Part shown: in pieces, positions 63,713-64,000 of the stretch
How positions within the stretch are numbered: position 1 is the stretch's first letter
Layout: every line of letters starts with the position of its first letter
DNA from: an uncultured Actinomycetota bacterium
GTDB lineage: Bacteria > Actinomycetota > Actinomycetes > JACCUZ01
Direction: 5' to 3'
Assembly: GCA_963746175.1 (NCBI GenBank)
Contig: CAVVAH010000008.1
Location: 875,701-939,700 of the forward strand
DNA length: 64,000 nucleotides
The notes under the pieces: model-generated
What the model was told of the DNA's origin: nothing
Databases searched by the model: none
What the model saw: the letters and a program-made list of their open reading frames with translations, nothing else
Translations under genes and position numbers: made by a program

Positions 63713-64000
63713 TCAGGCCGGCGTCCCCCGGAGCGCGGAGGCGAGCGAGACGACGGCGAACAGGGCGACCGCCAGCACGTGCACCGCGGTGCACCAGAGG
63801 CAGATCGCGTCCACCCGGAACAGCTCGACCCACACCAGGTAGAGCACGAACACGGCGCCGCCGGAGACCGCCGCCAGCCGGGCGCGGTGCACCCAGGCGT
63901 GCGTCGACGCCCAGGCGACGGGCAGGCACAGCGCCGCCACGGCGAGGAAGAAGAGCAGGCCGAGCAGCGCGACGGGCACCCCGAGCAGGTCGGCGTACGA
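63713..64000 (-). CDS. Vitamin K epoxide reductase (VKOR) family protein, partial
   Basis: GVPVALLG..YLVWVELFRVDAICLWCTAVH redox CxxC; begins beyond window end. Confidence 0.85.
   Translation of the reverse strand, partial: SYADLLGVPVALLGLLFFLAVAALCLPVAWASTHAWVHRARLAAVSGGAVFVLYLVWVELFRVDAICLWCTAVHVLAVALFAVVSLASALRGTPA

Overview
High-GC actinobacterial chromosomal window. Most of it is a conserved core backbone: pth-rplY-prs-glmU-tRNA-Gln, tam/tamR, ABC-F, ispE-rsmA-rpfB-tatD-metG, rsmI/pmt, and later tRNA-Ala-glpR-rimJ-moaB-moaC-moeA-galU-GGDEF, cvrA, modABC, chrA, secDF. Accessory material sits between pmt and tRNA-Ala. It includes a LacI-controlled arabinan/arabinoside locus (GH51, secreted GH43, ABC importer) and a ~10.9 kb island integrated in tRNA-Ala(CGC). 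The island is bounded by a 45/46-bp duplication of the tRNA 3' half and has paired arm-like repeats at both ends, but no recognisable integrase. Its cargo is regulator-target modules and gene fragments. Other notable signals: an ApdA-like RAPP arrest peptide upstream of secDF whose RAPP codons can pair with the secDF Shine-Dalgarno; two related, highly structured 200-300 nt intergenic elements; a 48-bp palindrome in frame inside the ABC-F gene; a probable CTG start for rimJ; an unannotated 54-aa zinc-finger-like microprotein; and two secreted nuclease-fold proteins with altered active sites. All calls come from reading the sequence and ORF track by eye. No database searches were run.
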